Below are positions 33,623 through 42,900 of a stretch of 64,000 bases of DNA, piece by piece (within the stretch, counting starts at the first letter, position 1; each line of letters begins with the position of its first letter). The position numbers and the translations under genes were made by a program. The notes below the pieces were generated by a model that made no database searches, was not told the origin of the DNA, and saw only the letters and a list, made by a program, of their open reading frames with translations. The DNA is from Clostridia bacterium (GTDB lineage: Bacteria; Bacillota; Clostridia; Christensenellales; UBA1242): NCBI GenBank assembly GCA_900767835.1, contig CAAGAO010000029.1, positions 163 to 64,162 on the forward strand, in the 5' to 3' direction.

Positions 33623-35386
33623 TTACCAAGAAACATAGAAGCTTATAGGTTTTGAAGAAACAGAAGCACTAGCTTCGGCTGTTTTTGTTAATTTGAGAAC
33701 AAGTGTGTATGTTCCAGCTTCAGAAAGTGTGAATGTGTTAACACCGGCTGTTGCAATTGGTTTTCCGGTTGTCTTATCGAAAACCGCGTAAGCATTTTCT
33801 CCAGCATATCCACCAGCATAATCACTTGGGTAGATAGTGAATGTTGTTGATTGTATTATGGTTACAGTAAATTCAAGATATCTGCATTCTCCAACATTCA
33901 ATAATTTTTCTGAACTATTGTTAGTATAATTTTTTCCGCTTAATGATGTTTGCACTTTAAGCACTTCATAATCTACTTTTGTAAAGGTTTTGTTAAGAAG
34001 TTTTGTTTTTGCATCATTTTCTGTAAAACCTGGTGTTTCAAATGAAATGTCTACTGTTTCTCCTGCCAATGCAATATTTAAACAAGATGACGAAGAGCTG
34101 CCAGAAACACTACCCTTATTAAGTTTAATATCTTTAACTTTCAAAGGAATATTAACTCCTTCGCAAATCAAATAGTCACCAACTCGCAAGGTTCCAGTTG
34201 TAATTTGGTACATTGTGATAGTTGGATATGGAGGGGTTGCATAACCTATCCAATTAACATTACTCTCAGTTTGGTTGGTTCCAGTAACAACAGGTGCTTC
34301 ATTGGTATAAACAACAATGCTTATGCTAAGGGTTGATTTATTTGGAATTGGTTTAAAGTTTTTGTTGTCAAATTCCAAACCTTCGAATTCGCCGTTTGTT
34401 TTTGCAATACTATATCTTCCTTGATTTTTGTATTGTTCGCCATATGCACGAAGAGTTAGCGTTACATTTGATGGAAGACTAGGATTAGTAACCTCGTATG
34501 TTTCCAAGGTTATATAATTATTAGAAGTTGTTTGTTTTTCTTTTATGAACGAAATGCCAACTTTAACTTCGATTTGCTTGATAACATATTCTGCTTTTGC
34601 AACTTCGCCTTTTAAATAAGTAGCATTTCCTCTGCAGTAGATTCTTACTTCATAAGTTCCTGCATTTGTTGGTGCAGTTGTGGTATAGGTGCTATCGTTT
34701 GCGCCTTTCACTTTGTATTGAATTTCGCAAAGGTCTTTGATTGCTTCATTAACTGTATAATCACTTGGAACAACACCTTGTGCTCCAGCATTGTATGTTT
34801 TTGCTGAAATTGCATTAAATGAACCTTTCCCAGTCAAATCTCTTTCATAGACACAGTCATTGCAAGTTGTGTCATCCACATTGTCATATCTATGTGGAAT
34901 GTTAATTTCTGTTCTTGATGAATGTTTTTCTGCGCCACAATTAGTTGTGCGTCTGTGTGTTAATTCGCCTTCTGACGCATATACCCAAATGTGGTCTTGT
35001 TCATTTTGTTTTAATGGGGTTTCGTGTTCGCAAGTTGTTTGTTGCCAATGTTTATGTTCGTTAGCTTGCCATATCCAAGTGTGGAGGCCAGTGCCTTCAA
35101 CTGTTCTGTCTTTTTGATATTGACAGGTTTTGCAAGTGCCAGTTTCCACTTTGTCGGTGTGGACACCAGCAGGGGTCTTTTCAGCCCAAACAAAGTCGTG
35201 ATCACCCAAGTCGCTTTTTTCTTCGCAATTTTTGTCTTTGCAAGCGTGCCAGTGTTGTGTCTCTGTTTTTGTCCACTCACTACTGAATGAGTGTTCGTGT
35301 TTTCCGCAAGCGGTCATCATAAACATTGCTGGAACAATTAAGCAAAGGGCTAAAACAAAAGCCCAAATAGATTTTTTCTTTGTCAT
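33623..35386 (-). CDS. Lipoprotein with Cys/His-rich N-terminal repeats and an MBG-like domain
   Basis: Lipobox FMMTAC|G. Repeated H.W....HW..C..C-type motifs. The segment NAGTYEVRIYCRGNATYLKGEVAKAEYVIKQ is MBG-like by recollection. Confidence 0.75.
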   Translation of the reverse strand: MTKKKSIWAFVLALCLIVPAMFMMTACGKHEHSFSSEWTKTETQHWHACKDKNCEEKSDLGDHDFVWAEKTPAGVHTDKVETGTCKTCQYQKDRTVEGTGLHTWIWQANEHKHWQQTTCEHETPLKQNEQDHIWVYASEGELTHRRTTNCGAEKHSSRTEINIPHRYDNVDDTTCNDCVYERDLTGKGSFNAISAKTYNAGAQGVVPSDYTVNEAIKDLCEIQYKVKGANDSTYTTTAPTNAGTYEVRIYCRGNATYLKGEVAKAEYVIKQIEVKVGISFIKEKQTTSNNYITLETYEVTNPSLPSNVTLTLRAYGEQYKNQGRYSIAKTNGEFEGLEFDNKNFKPIPNKSTLSISIVVYTNEAPVVTGTNQTESNVNWIGYATPPYPTITMYQITTGTLRVGDYLICEGVNIPLKVKDIKLNKGSVSGSSSSSCLNIALAGETVDISFETPGFTENDAKTKLLNKTFTKVDYEVLKVQTSLSGKNYTNNSSEKLLNVGECRYLEFTVTIIQSTTFTIYPSDYAGGYAGENAYAVFDKTTGKPIATAGVNTFTLSEAGTYTLVLKLTKTAEASASVSSKPISFYVSW

Positions 35387-35482
35387 ATTTTCTCCTTATA
35401 TTTTTATTTGTGAAACATAAGAAGAATATAACAATCTTCTTTTTCACATTTTCATTATATCATATAAACATCAAAATTGTTT

Positions 35483-35526
35483 AGGACTTAAGTCCAAACT
35501 TTGGCATTAAAAAAAGGACAAAAGTC
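35483..35526. promoter_or_regulatory. Two GGAC-N4-GTCC inverted repeats 32 nt apart (GGACTTAAGTCC, GGACAAAAGTCC)
   Basis: The first lies just upstream of a TGATATAAT extended -10 on the minus strand. The second doubles as the terminator stem of the 35572 gene. Both are repeated at 36167..36210. Confidence 0.4.
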
Positions 35527-35571
35527 CTTTTTTTGTGTTTTTGTTTTATTCCATATCAAGTGTGGTATATT

Positions 35572-36063
35572 TTACACATTTGCAGATAGTTTTATAACAA
35601 CACTGGTTTTAGCACTAATTTGTTGTTTTATGGTTATAACTCTTTTATCTGCACTAAATTTATACTCGGCACCTAAGTAGTCATCAGTAACTCTATTAAC
35701 TTTGTTTTCAGCATCTTCTTTGGTATCGTAAAACTCTATACAATTATATTCATTTATAACATAGAACCTTTCATCACCGCGTCCATCACCACCAACAAAA
35801 ATAGTAACACCACCATTTTCATCAAAAGTAAGAATAAATGTAGAAACCGCTGCTTTTGCATTTTCTTCATTTCCAACTTCTTCTATTAGAGTGTCTTTGT
35901 CATCGCCCCAATTGATAGTTATATCGCTTTGTTTGTTTAGAACTGTGTAAGTTTTTCCTTTTTCGCTGATTGGTTTATTGCCACAAGCGGTCATCATAAA
36001 CATTGCTGGAACAATCAAGCAAATTGCTAGAACAAAAGCCCATATTGATTTTTTCTTTGTCAT
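35572..36063 (-). CDS. Small lipoprotein (163 aa)
   Basis: The first 28 residues are nearly identical to those of 33623..35386 (MTKKKSIWAFVLA[I/L]CLIVPAMFMMTACG). The upstream region is duplicated. Confidence 0.75.
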   Translation of the reverse strand: MTKKKSIWAFVLAICLIVPAMFMMTACGNKPISEKGKTYTVLNKQSDITINWGDDKDTLIEEVGNEENAKAAVSTFILTFDENGGVTIFVGGDGRGDERFYVINEYNCIEFYDTKEDAENKVNRVTDDYLGAEYKFSADKRVITIKQQISAKTSVVIKLSANV

Positions 36064-36268
36064 ATTTTTCTCCTTATATTTTAATTTTTGTGAAACATAA
36101 GAAGAAAATCTATCAATCTTCTTTCTTCACATTTTTATTATATCATATAAATATCAAAATTGTTTAGGACTTAAGTCTAAATTTTTGTTCAAAAAAAAGG
36201 ACAAAAGTCCTATTATCTTGTGGGCTTTTATGGTATAATATAGGAAATAAATACTTTTGGGAGCGAAA

Positions 36269-36880
36269 ATGGATAAAATTAAAGTATTGCTTGTGGAAGA
36301 CCAAGATTTATTATTAGACGGAATGTCTTTGTCACTTGAAGCGAGTGGCGAAATTGAAATTGTTGGGAAATTTAAGGATATTGCGGACTATTTTGATATT
36401 GAAAATAGAAAAAACATAGATGTAATTTTAACCGATGTTTGTTGTGCGAATAATCACAATAGCATAGACTACACAAAAGAAATTAAGCAAGACAATCCAA
36501 ACATTAAAATTATTCTAATGACATCTGTTATGGAAATTAGTTTTATTGATAGAGCCAAAAAAGAAGGTGCAGACAGTTTTGTGTATAAGACAATCCCAAC
36601 AAAAGAACTAATCACAATTATTCAAAGTGTTATGAATGGATATGGCACTTTTCCAATAAGCAAAAGAGAAGAAATTTCTTTTTTGAAAGACTTAACCGAC
36701 AATGAACTAAATATTGTAAGACTTTATTGTCAAGGCAACAACCGAAAAGAAATTGCACAAAAAATGTCTTTTTCTGAGTCTACAGTCAAAAATGCTATAA
36801 CGCTAATTTTAGAAAAAACTGGCTTTGCTTCAATGTCAAAATTTGCCATTTGGCTAATGCAAAATGGATACATAGTATAA
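36269..36880 (+). CDS. Response regulator, NarL/FixJ (LuxR-type HTH) family
   Basis: Receiver domain (VLLVEDQ, ILTDV, K in FVYKT). LuxR HTH LTDNELNIVRLYCQGNNRKEIAQKMSFSESTVKNAI. GGGAG ribosome-binding site before the ATG at 36269. Confidence 0.85.
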   Translation: MDKIKVLLVEDQDLLLDGMSLSLEASGEIEIVGKFKDIADYFDIENRKNIDVILTDVCCANNHNSIDYTKEIKQDNPNIKIILMTSVMEISFIDRAKKEGADSFVYKTIPTKELITIIQSVMNGYGTFPISKREEISFLKDLTDNELNIVRLYCQGNNRKEIAQKMSFSESTVKNAITLILEKTGFASMSKFAIWLMQNGYIV

Positions 36881-37066
36881 TCGCTTTTTATTCAATTAAA
36901 AAATAGCACTAAAAAAAGCACCGACAAATAAAGGAGTTTACAATAAATTTACTCGAATATTGTGATTTATAGATGTAAAAATTTTACAAAATATACTCCC
37001 ATAACTTGCATTTTTATATTTCTATTCACACTCCAACACGCCCTGGCACATTTGTCAATTATTAAT

Positions 37067-37570
37067 TTAATTTTCTGATTTTCTATATCCCAATATGTGT
37101 ATTAGTCGATATTTATCATACGAATAAAAAGACAATGGGACTTCTTTTACATCTCTCGTGTTTGCACAAATATATATTTGTTTTGGTGTCACATCTTCAA
37201 TTTTTGTAACAAAAAGACAATGTGAAAAAATATTTTTATTTTTAAACTTTAACTGAATCACATCACCAATCTCGCACATTTCAAGTGGAGCGTTTATACC
37301 ATAAATTCCTTCGCCCTTATTATTAATTAAAAAATTGTATAACGGTTCCACATTTGCCCAAGACTCAGATGTCTTGGTGGGTGATATGTAATACCAACCA
37401 TTATAGTCAAAATTCATTACCATTGTACCAGCATACAAGCATTGACTAACATAGTTTGTGCAATTACCACCCTCGTTTGTATAGTCGTGGTATTTATAAT
37501 TCCTTTTTAATGCAAAATTTAATGCATAATCCACCGCTCTTTCCCTGTTGTATTTTTTTATTATTAACAT
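37067..37570 (-). CDS. Putative amidase-domain protein (Amidase_6-like)
   Basis: GGNCTNYVSQCL...SESWANV...GDVIQL...FSHCLFV pattern, assigned from recollection of PF12671. Confidence 0.5.
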   Translation of the reverse strand: MLIIKKYNRERAVDYALNFALKRNYKYHDYTNEGGNCTNYVSQCLYAGTMVMNFDYNGWYYISPTKTSESWANVEPLYNFLINNKGEGIYGINAPLEMCEIGDVIQLKFKNKNIFSHCLFVTKIEDVTPKQIYICANTRDVKEVPLSFYSYDKYRLIHILGYRKSEN

Positions 37571-37817
37571 ATAAATATATATGAAAATCTGTTAAATTTA
37601 TTGAAGAAATGTATAATTAAAAAATATGCATTAAAATCAACAAAAAATAAATATTATAATTATTTTTTTATTTTAATTATTTAATTAAAAAACGAACAAT
37701 TTGTAAAACAGATCTTATTCAAAGTATGTAAAAATTTAATTTTTAATAAATATATTTACTTAGTTATTAAATATTTGTCAAAAATATATTATTGTGATAT
37801 ATTTAAATGAGGTTTTT

Positions 37818-38531
37818 ATGAAAGAAAAAAACAAATATCATTTTTGGGATATTATTAATTTAACAATATTTTATTCTATATTTTTATGTTTTTTAGTTAC
37901 TTTAATATTGGGCATAATTGATTACGCAAAAGGACTATTACCTATTAAAGAAGTTTTGTACAGAGTTTCATTTTTACTATTAATGTGCATACCTTTTGCC
38001 GTAAAGAAAATATTTAAAGTGTCTTTTTCACGCGTTGTTGGCATTGTGTTTTACATATATTTGTTCTTGGCAAGTTTTTGTGGTGTATGTTTAAAGTTTT
38101 ATTCTAGAATTGAATGCTGGGATATGATTATACACTTTTTAATGGGAGTGTGCCTAAGTGTACTTAGTATATATATTCTAAATTTGACAGTTTACAAAAA
38201 GGACCGCAACAAACACAATATGTTTTTTACCTGTCTTTTTATGGTTTGTTTTACTCTTGGAGTTAGCGTTGTTTGGGAACTGTTAGAATTTGGTTGCGAT
38301 TTGATTTTTGACACAGGTTTTCAAAGATATGTCACTTATGATGGTGTAACTCTTGTAGGACAACAAGCGTTAATGGATACAATGTTAGACCTTCTTATTG
38401 ATTTTGCTGGAGCATTATTTGGGGTTTGTTTTACTTTTGTTGCGATTAAAATTGACAATAAATTTTTACAATCTTTTTATGTTAAAAAACTAAAAAATAG
38501 CGAAGTCGAAGTTGAAGATATTGAAGAATAA
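37818..38531 (+). CDS. Multi-pass membrane protein, function unknown
   Basis: About 6 hydrophobic helices, with a WELLEFGCDLIF motif. TGAGG ribosome-binding site before the ATG at 37818. Confidence 0.55.
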   Translation: MKEKNKYHFWDIINLTIFYSIFLCFLVTLILGIIDYAKGLLPIKEVLYRVSFLLLMCIPFAVKKIFKVSFSRVVGIVFYIYLFLASFCGVCLKFYSRIECWDMIIHFLMGVCLSVLSIYILNLTVYKKDRNKHNMFFTCLFMVCFTLGVSVVWELLEFGCDLIFDTGFQRYVTYDGVTLVGQQALMDTMLDLLIDFAGALFGVCFTFVAIKIDNKFLQSFYVKKLKNSEVEVEDIEE

Positions 38532-38730
38532 ATAATTAAAATTAATGTAAGATGATAAAATTACAACTTGCATTCTTATAAAACATTATTTACCATTAAC
38601 AATGGTTAACAATAAATAGAGTAAAATTTATCGCAATTTTATCAACTATTCAAACGAAAATACTTTTTTTATAAATAAAAAACTTGAAAATTGCACATAT
38701 TTTTGATAAAATATAAAAAAGAGGTAATTT

Positions 38731-39060
38731 ATGAGAACAACATCTTATGGCAAGGTTGACGCGCTTGCACAGACTGGAGAGGTATCCATTCCTTTGGTAG
38801 TGATTAAAAATTCTATGGAAAGTGCAAAAATTCCCTATATCGGTTTTATCCCTGGATTTTTAATGAAAAATATAAATGGGTATACAATAGATGAATGCAA
38901 AACAAAACTAAAAGAATATTTAATAAACAAATTAAAAATAATGAAATTGAATGAAGAGCCATTCCCTTTCTTTCCTACAAAAGAAGAAATATTAAAAGAT
39001 TACGACAATGTTGAACTTGTTGAGTTTATTAAAATCACATCAAATGATAGAAAAAATTAA
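38731..39060 (+). CDS. HicB-like (UPF0150) antitoxin-fold protein, solo
   Basis: IPYIGFIPGFLMKNINGYTIDECKTKLKEYL...EEPFPFFPT pattern. TTGAAA-N17-TAAAAT promoter and AGAGG ribosome-binding site upstream. No hicA is adjacent. Confidence 0.5.
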   Translation: MRTTSYGKVDALAQTGEVSIPLVVIKNSMESAKIPYIGFIPGFLMKNINGYTIDECKTKLKEYLINKLKIMKLNEEPFPFFPTKEEILKDYDNVELVEFIKITSNDRKN

Positions 39061-39317
39061 AGAATTGCTAATCAACCTTTTTTAATTCTATTATTAGTAT
39101 TTACTAAAAGATAACATTGTTTACTTTATTATTTAAATTATAGAGAAATTACTCTATTTGTTTATGCTAATTATATAGTTGCTACATCATAATCAAAAAA
39201 AACGAAACTATGAGAAAATTCTTACTGTTTCGTTTTTTTATCATTTATATTTATTGAAATTATACAAATTTAAGTATGTTTGAAATTTATTATACAATTA
39301 TTATTTCGCTATAAAAA

Positions 39318-39968
39318 TTATTCTGGCAAATTAAAAGATTGTACTTCTGTATAAAATATGGTTGTAATATCAACAACTGTGTTGTCGGTTTTTGTATAGT
39401 TGATAGTGCATGTCGAAAGTTTACCACTTCTTACGATAACTTTTAATGTCATTGTATTAATGTTTTGTATTTCCTTATTTATAAATTGATTTGCTTTTGA
39501 AGGCAACAATATGCCATTAAATATTTTAATTCCTGTTTGGTCTTCTTGGACACTAAAACCTTTAAAATACTCTTCTTTAATATTAATTCCTAAACTTAAA
39601 GAAATCTCTGCATTTTCGGTTTCTTTATACTCGCCATCAACAAGTTCTTGTTTTTTGCCATCAACTATATAATATGTATTGTCTACAACTGTAAACTGGT
39701 CCGCTGAATCTAACCCATTTAGCGTTTTTTCCATTTCGTACACTTTATAGTCTTGCCCATTATAGTTAATCATTTTTATATAACTTGTATAACTTAAATT
39801 TCCCGCTTGAACATCTACCGTTTGCATATATCCATAGTAGTTTTCGAAATTAAGAGAATCAAAATCTTGGCGTAGTTTGACTATATTATTATCTTCACAA
39901 CCAGCAAAAAGTATTACCGATAACACAATTAAACAAACTGACGATATAATTTTTTTAAATTTATTCAT
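39318..39968 (-). CDS. Lipoprotein
   Basis: Lipobox LFAGC|E. Lies 11 nt downstream of the giant surface protein gene. Confidence 0.7.
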   Translation of the reverse strand: MNKFKKIISSVCLIVLSVILFAGCEDNNIVKLRQDFDSLNFENYYGYMQTVDVQAGNLSYTSYIKMINYNGQDYKVYEMEKTLNGLDSADQFTVVDNTYYIVDGKKQELVDGEYKETENAEISLSLGINIKEEYFKGFSVQEDQTGIKIFNGILLPSKANQFINKEIQNINTMTLKVIVRSGKLSTCTINYTKTDNTVVDITTIFYTEVQSFNLPE

Positions 39969-39979
39969 ATTTTTATCTC

Positions 39980-42900
39980 CTAACCTAAAATTTTCCTTTT
40001 ACTTATTAAAAACAACACACTTACTGCGGTAACAAGTGAACTAACGACTAAATATATATTAATTGTATTGTTGGCTACGACTTTTGCTTCGTTTGCAATA
40101 TCATTTACTTTTTCAACAAGTTTATTATATTCTACAATTTTTTCATTTAGTTTGGTTTTATTTATTTGGTCTTGTTCGTACGAACTAACTTCTAATATCG
40201 TTGAATTGATTTGTTTAAACAAATCAAAAGTTTCTTTTTTGACATTCATTTCTTCTGGCAGTCTATCAATCAAATTATTCACATCATTAACACTTCTTGT
40301 TGTTTTTTGTTTAAATGTTTTGATTGTGTCATTATGATTGCTGTCCCCTAAATGTTTAACATAAATTCTGTATGTTTGCAATGCATTTAAACTATCAAAT
40401 GTTTTTGCCCCAGCAAAATAATTATTACCATCAATACTATATTCAATATTGTTTAAACTTGCAAAAGAAATTGAATTTGCCTTTACAATCAGTTTGCCTT
40501 TTACTTCTTCTAAATTAAAGACTACATTAACTTTATTTATTGTGACATAGAATATATATTCGCCATAATAATTACTTTCGTTAATTGTAATTATAAATTT
40601 ATATTCGCCAGCATTGACAATTTCATCAACAGTTTTTTCTTCACAAACAACTTTTATAGTATAGTTTTTATCAAAATCAACTGGGATAAACTCTCCTACA
40701 TTTTTTGGAATACCATTATAATCAATTTGTTTATTTTCAAATGTGTAATTGTAGTATTTTTTTACAATTCTTAAAGTAATTTCAAGTTCTACTTTTTTGT
40801 AATTTTCATTTTCTTTTGCCACAAGTTTAACTATATATTCGCCAACATTAATTCTGCTTGTACTTGATAGGTATGTAACTTCAACTCGTCTACCGTCTTG
40901 AGTAAAACCAACAACATTATATTCATTTCCTGAATATACTACTTCCAAAACATTATTTTCTTTAATGCTTCCTGTTCCATCTGCAACATTAAAATATTCA
41001 ATTTGTGTTTGTTTTTTGTCAATAGCAAAGTTTAATTCTAAAATATTATCTAAAAAATTCTCTCTACTCCAAGCATAATTTTCAAAATCTTTTAAAGTAG
41101 TTTTTATTTGATATTGCCCTGCATTTTTGAAAATTTGAGGGTTTACTATTTCCATAGTGTTTTCATCAAAATTATTAAACAACACTTTAATTTCTTCGCC
41201 AGTGTATGTATATGTACCTAAAATTGTTGGTAAATATAATAATGTTTTTTCAACTACACAGTTGCAAGTATTATTTGAACAATGATATTTAACATATCCG
41301 TTTGCGGTTTCTGTTGCATAGGTTATGGTATCTATAACATAACTATGCTCATGCCCTTCAACCCAAACACCACTGATTGTTATGCTTGAATCGTCATTAT
41401 AGGTTATCATTTTATGATATCTTATTGTCTCTCCAAGTTTTGTGGTTAACGTTGAATCTGCATCATCTTTTATAGTGTTTATAACATAATTAAAGATTGT
41501 TTTTGTCGCTTGTAAAGTCCCTGTGCTTGTGGCTTTGTATGATTTATTCTTTTCAATAGTTACAAAATCGCCATTTTCGGTTATAATTTTTGCTTTTAAG
41601 TTAAATTTTACAATATTGCAATCGTATTCAGATTTTGCACCATTAACAACATCTATATCTAAAATTGCTTTTTCTTTTACATTAATTGTCGCGTTAACAA
41701 CTTTAGATTGAATATATCCTGCAAAAGTGCCATTTATGTTTAATATGCCATTTACAACAAAAACACCATTTATATCAAAGCCATAATCGGTTAAATTTTG
41801 TGTGCTTGGATAAATTTTGCCGTCCATATCACTGCTTTTAAATGTATTATAAACTAGGAGTTTACCATTTACATTTAAAGTAGCATCAGTCCCTACAACA
41901 AGGTTTGCTCCCGGCATAACTTTATAGCCATAACCTTCTGGGATTTCATAAGTTCCATTATGAAGATATATATCAAAAGTGTATGGAATTGCTAAATACA
42001 TTCCTTTTGAGCCATAACCTTGAATACTGAAATTACCAGCTAGCGCACCACCATAAATATGTAAAGTGCGTTTGCCACTATCTGATAAATCTATATTGCT
42101 TCCGTTTTTTAAAAATTTATCTTTGTTAAATGTTGAAACTATATACGAATTTGGCATAGTTAATTGAATTAGCCCAACTTCTTTTCCTACCAAGTCAACA
42201 TCTTGAATATGTGTTGACCCCCAGAAATATAGGCTTGTCATACCTATAACTTTGGCGTCATAATTTATTTTTAATTCGGTTCTTATATTTATTGTATCGT
42301 ATTGTTCAAAAGGGAATTGATTTGCATTGTACAATGCTTCGGTATCTGTACCACCTGAGAAATTGTTTACAAGGTATGGTTCATACAAAGTTGCACCGTC
42401 GTTTAATTCTATTTTTCCTGTGCCATCAATTAAACCATATACTCTTAATTCTCCATTAACAATAATGTTACCATTATTTAATATTTGGTTATATTTGCCT
42501 GATGTTATACCTTGTGCGAATTGTTCAACATAATGTTGAACCGCACCAATTATTAGTTCGCCATCTATTGTTAAAGCAACACCGCTGTTTATTGTTAATG
42601 TGTTTAACAAATATTTTTCTGGATTATTAAAACTTGCTGTGCTTTGAGCATTCTTTGTTGTGCCAACTTGTGTGTATGTGCCGTCAATTTCAATAGGCAT
42701 AACTAGTTTTACACCGCTTGGAATTGTTAAATTTTCGGTAAGAGTTGTATCCTTTAATAAATATATTGTATCGCCTGCTTTGGCATTATTTATTGCATCT
42801 TTCAAACTTGAATACGTATCAAAACCAATTCTTGCAACATCACTTGTTTTTAAGAATACTGCTTTAATTACAAAATCATCAACTTGACTTATTGAATATG

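Noticed and set aside
38532-38730. A hicA toxin gene partnering the HicB-like ORF
   Set aside because: There is no ORF with a ribosome-binding site in the 200 nt upstream or in the 250 nt downstream. A promoter sits directly in front of the HicB-like gene.
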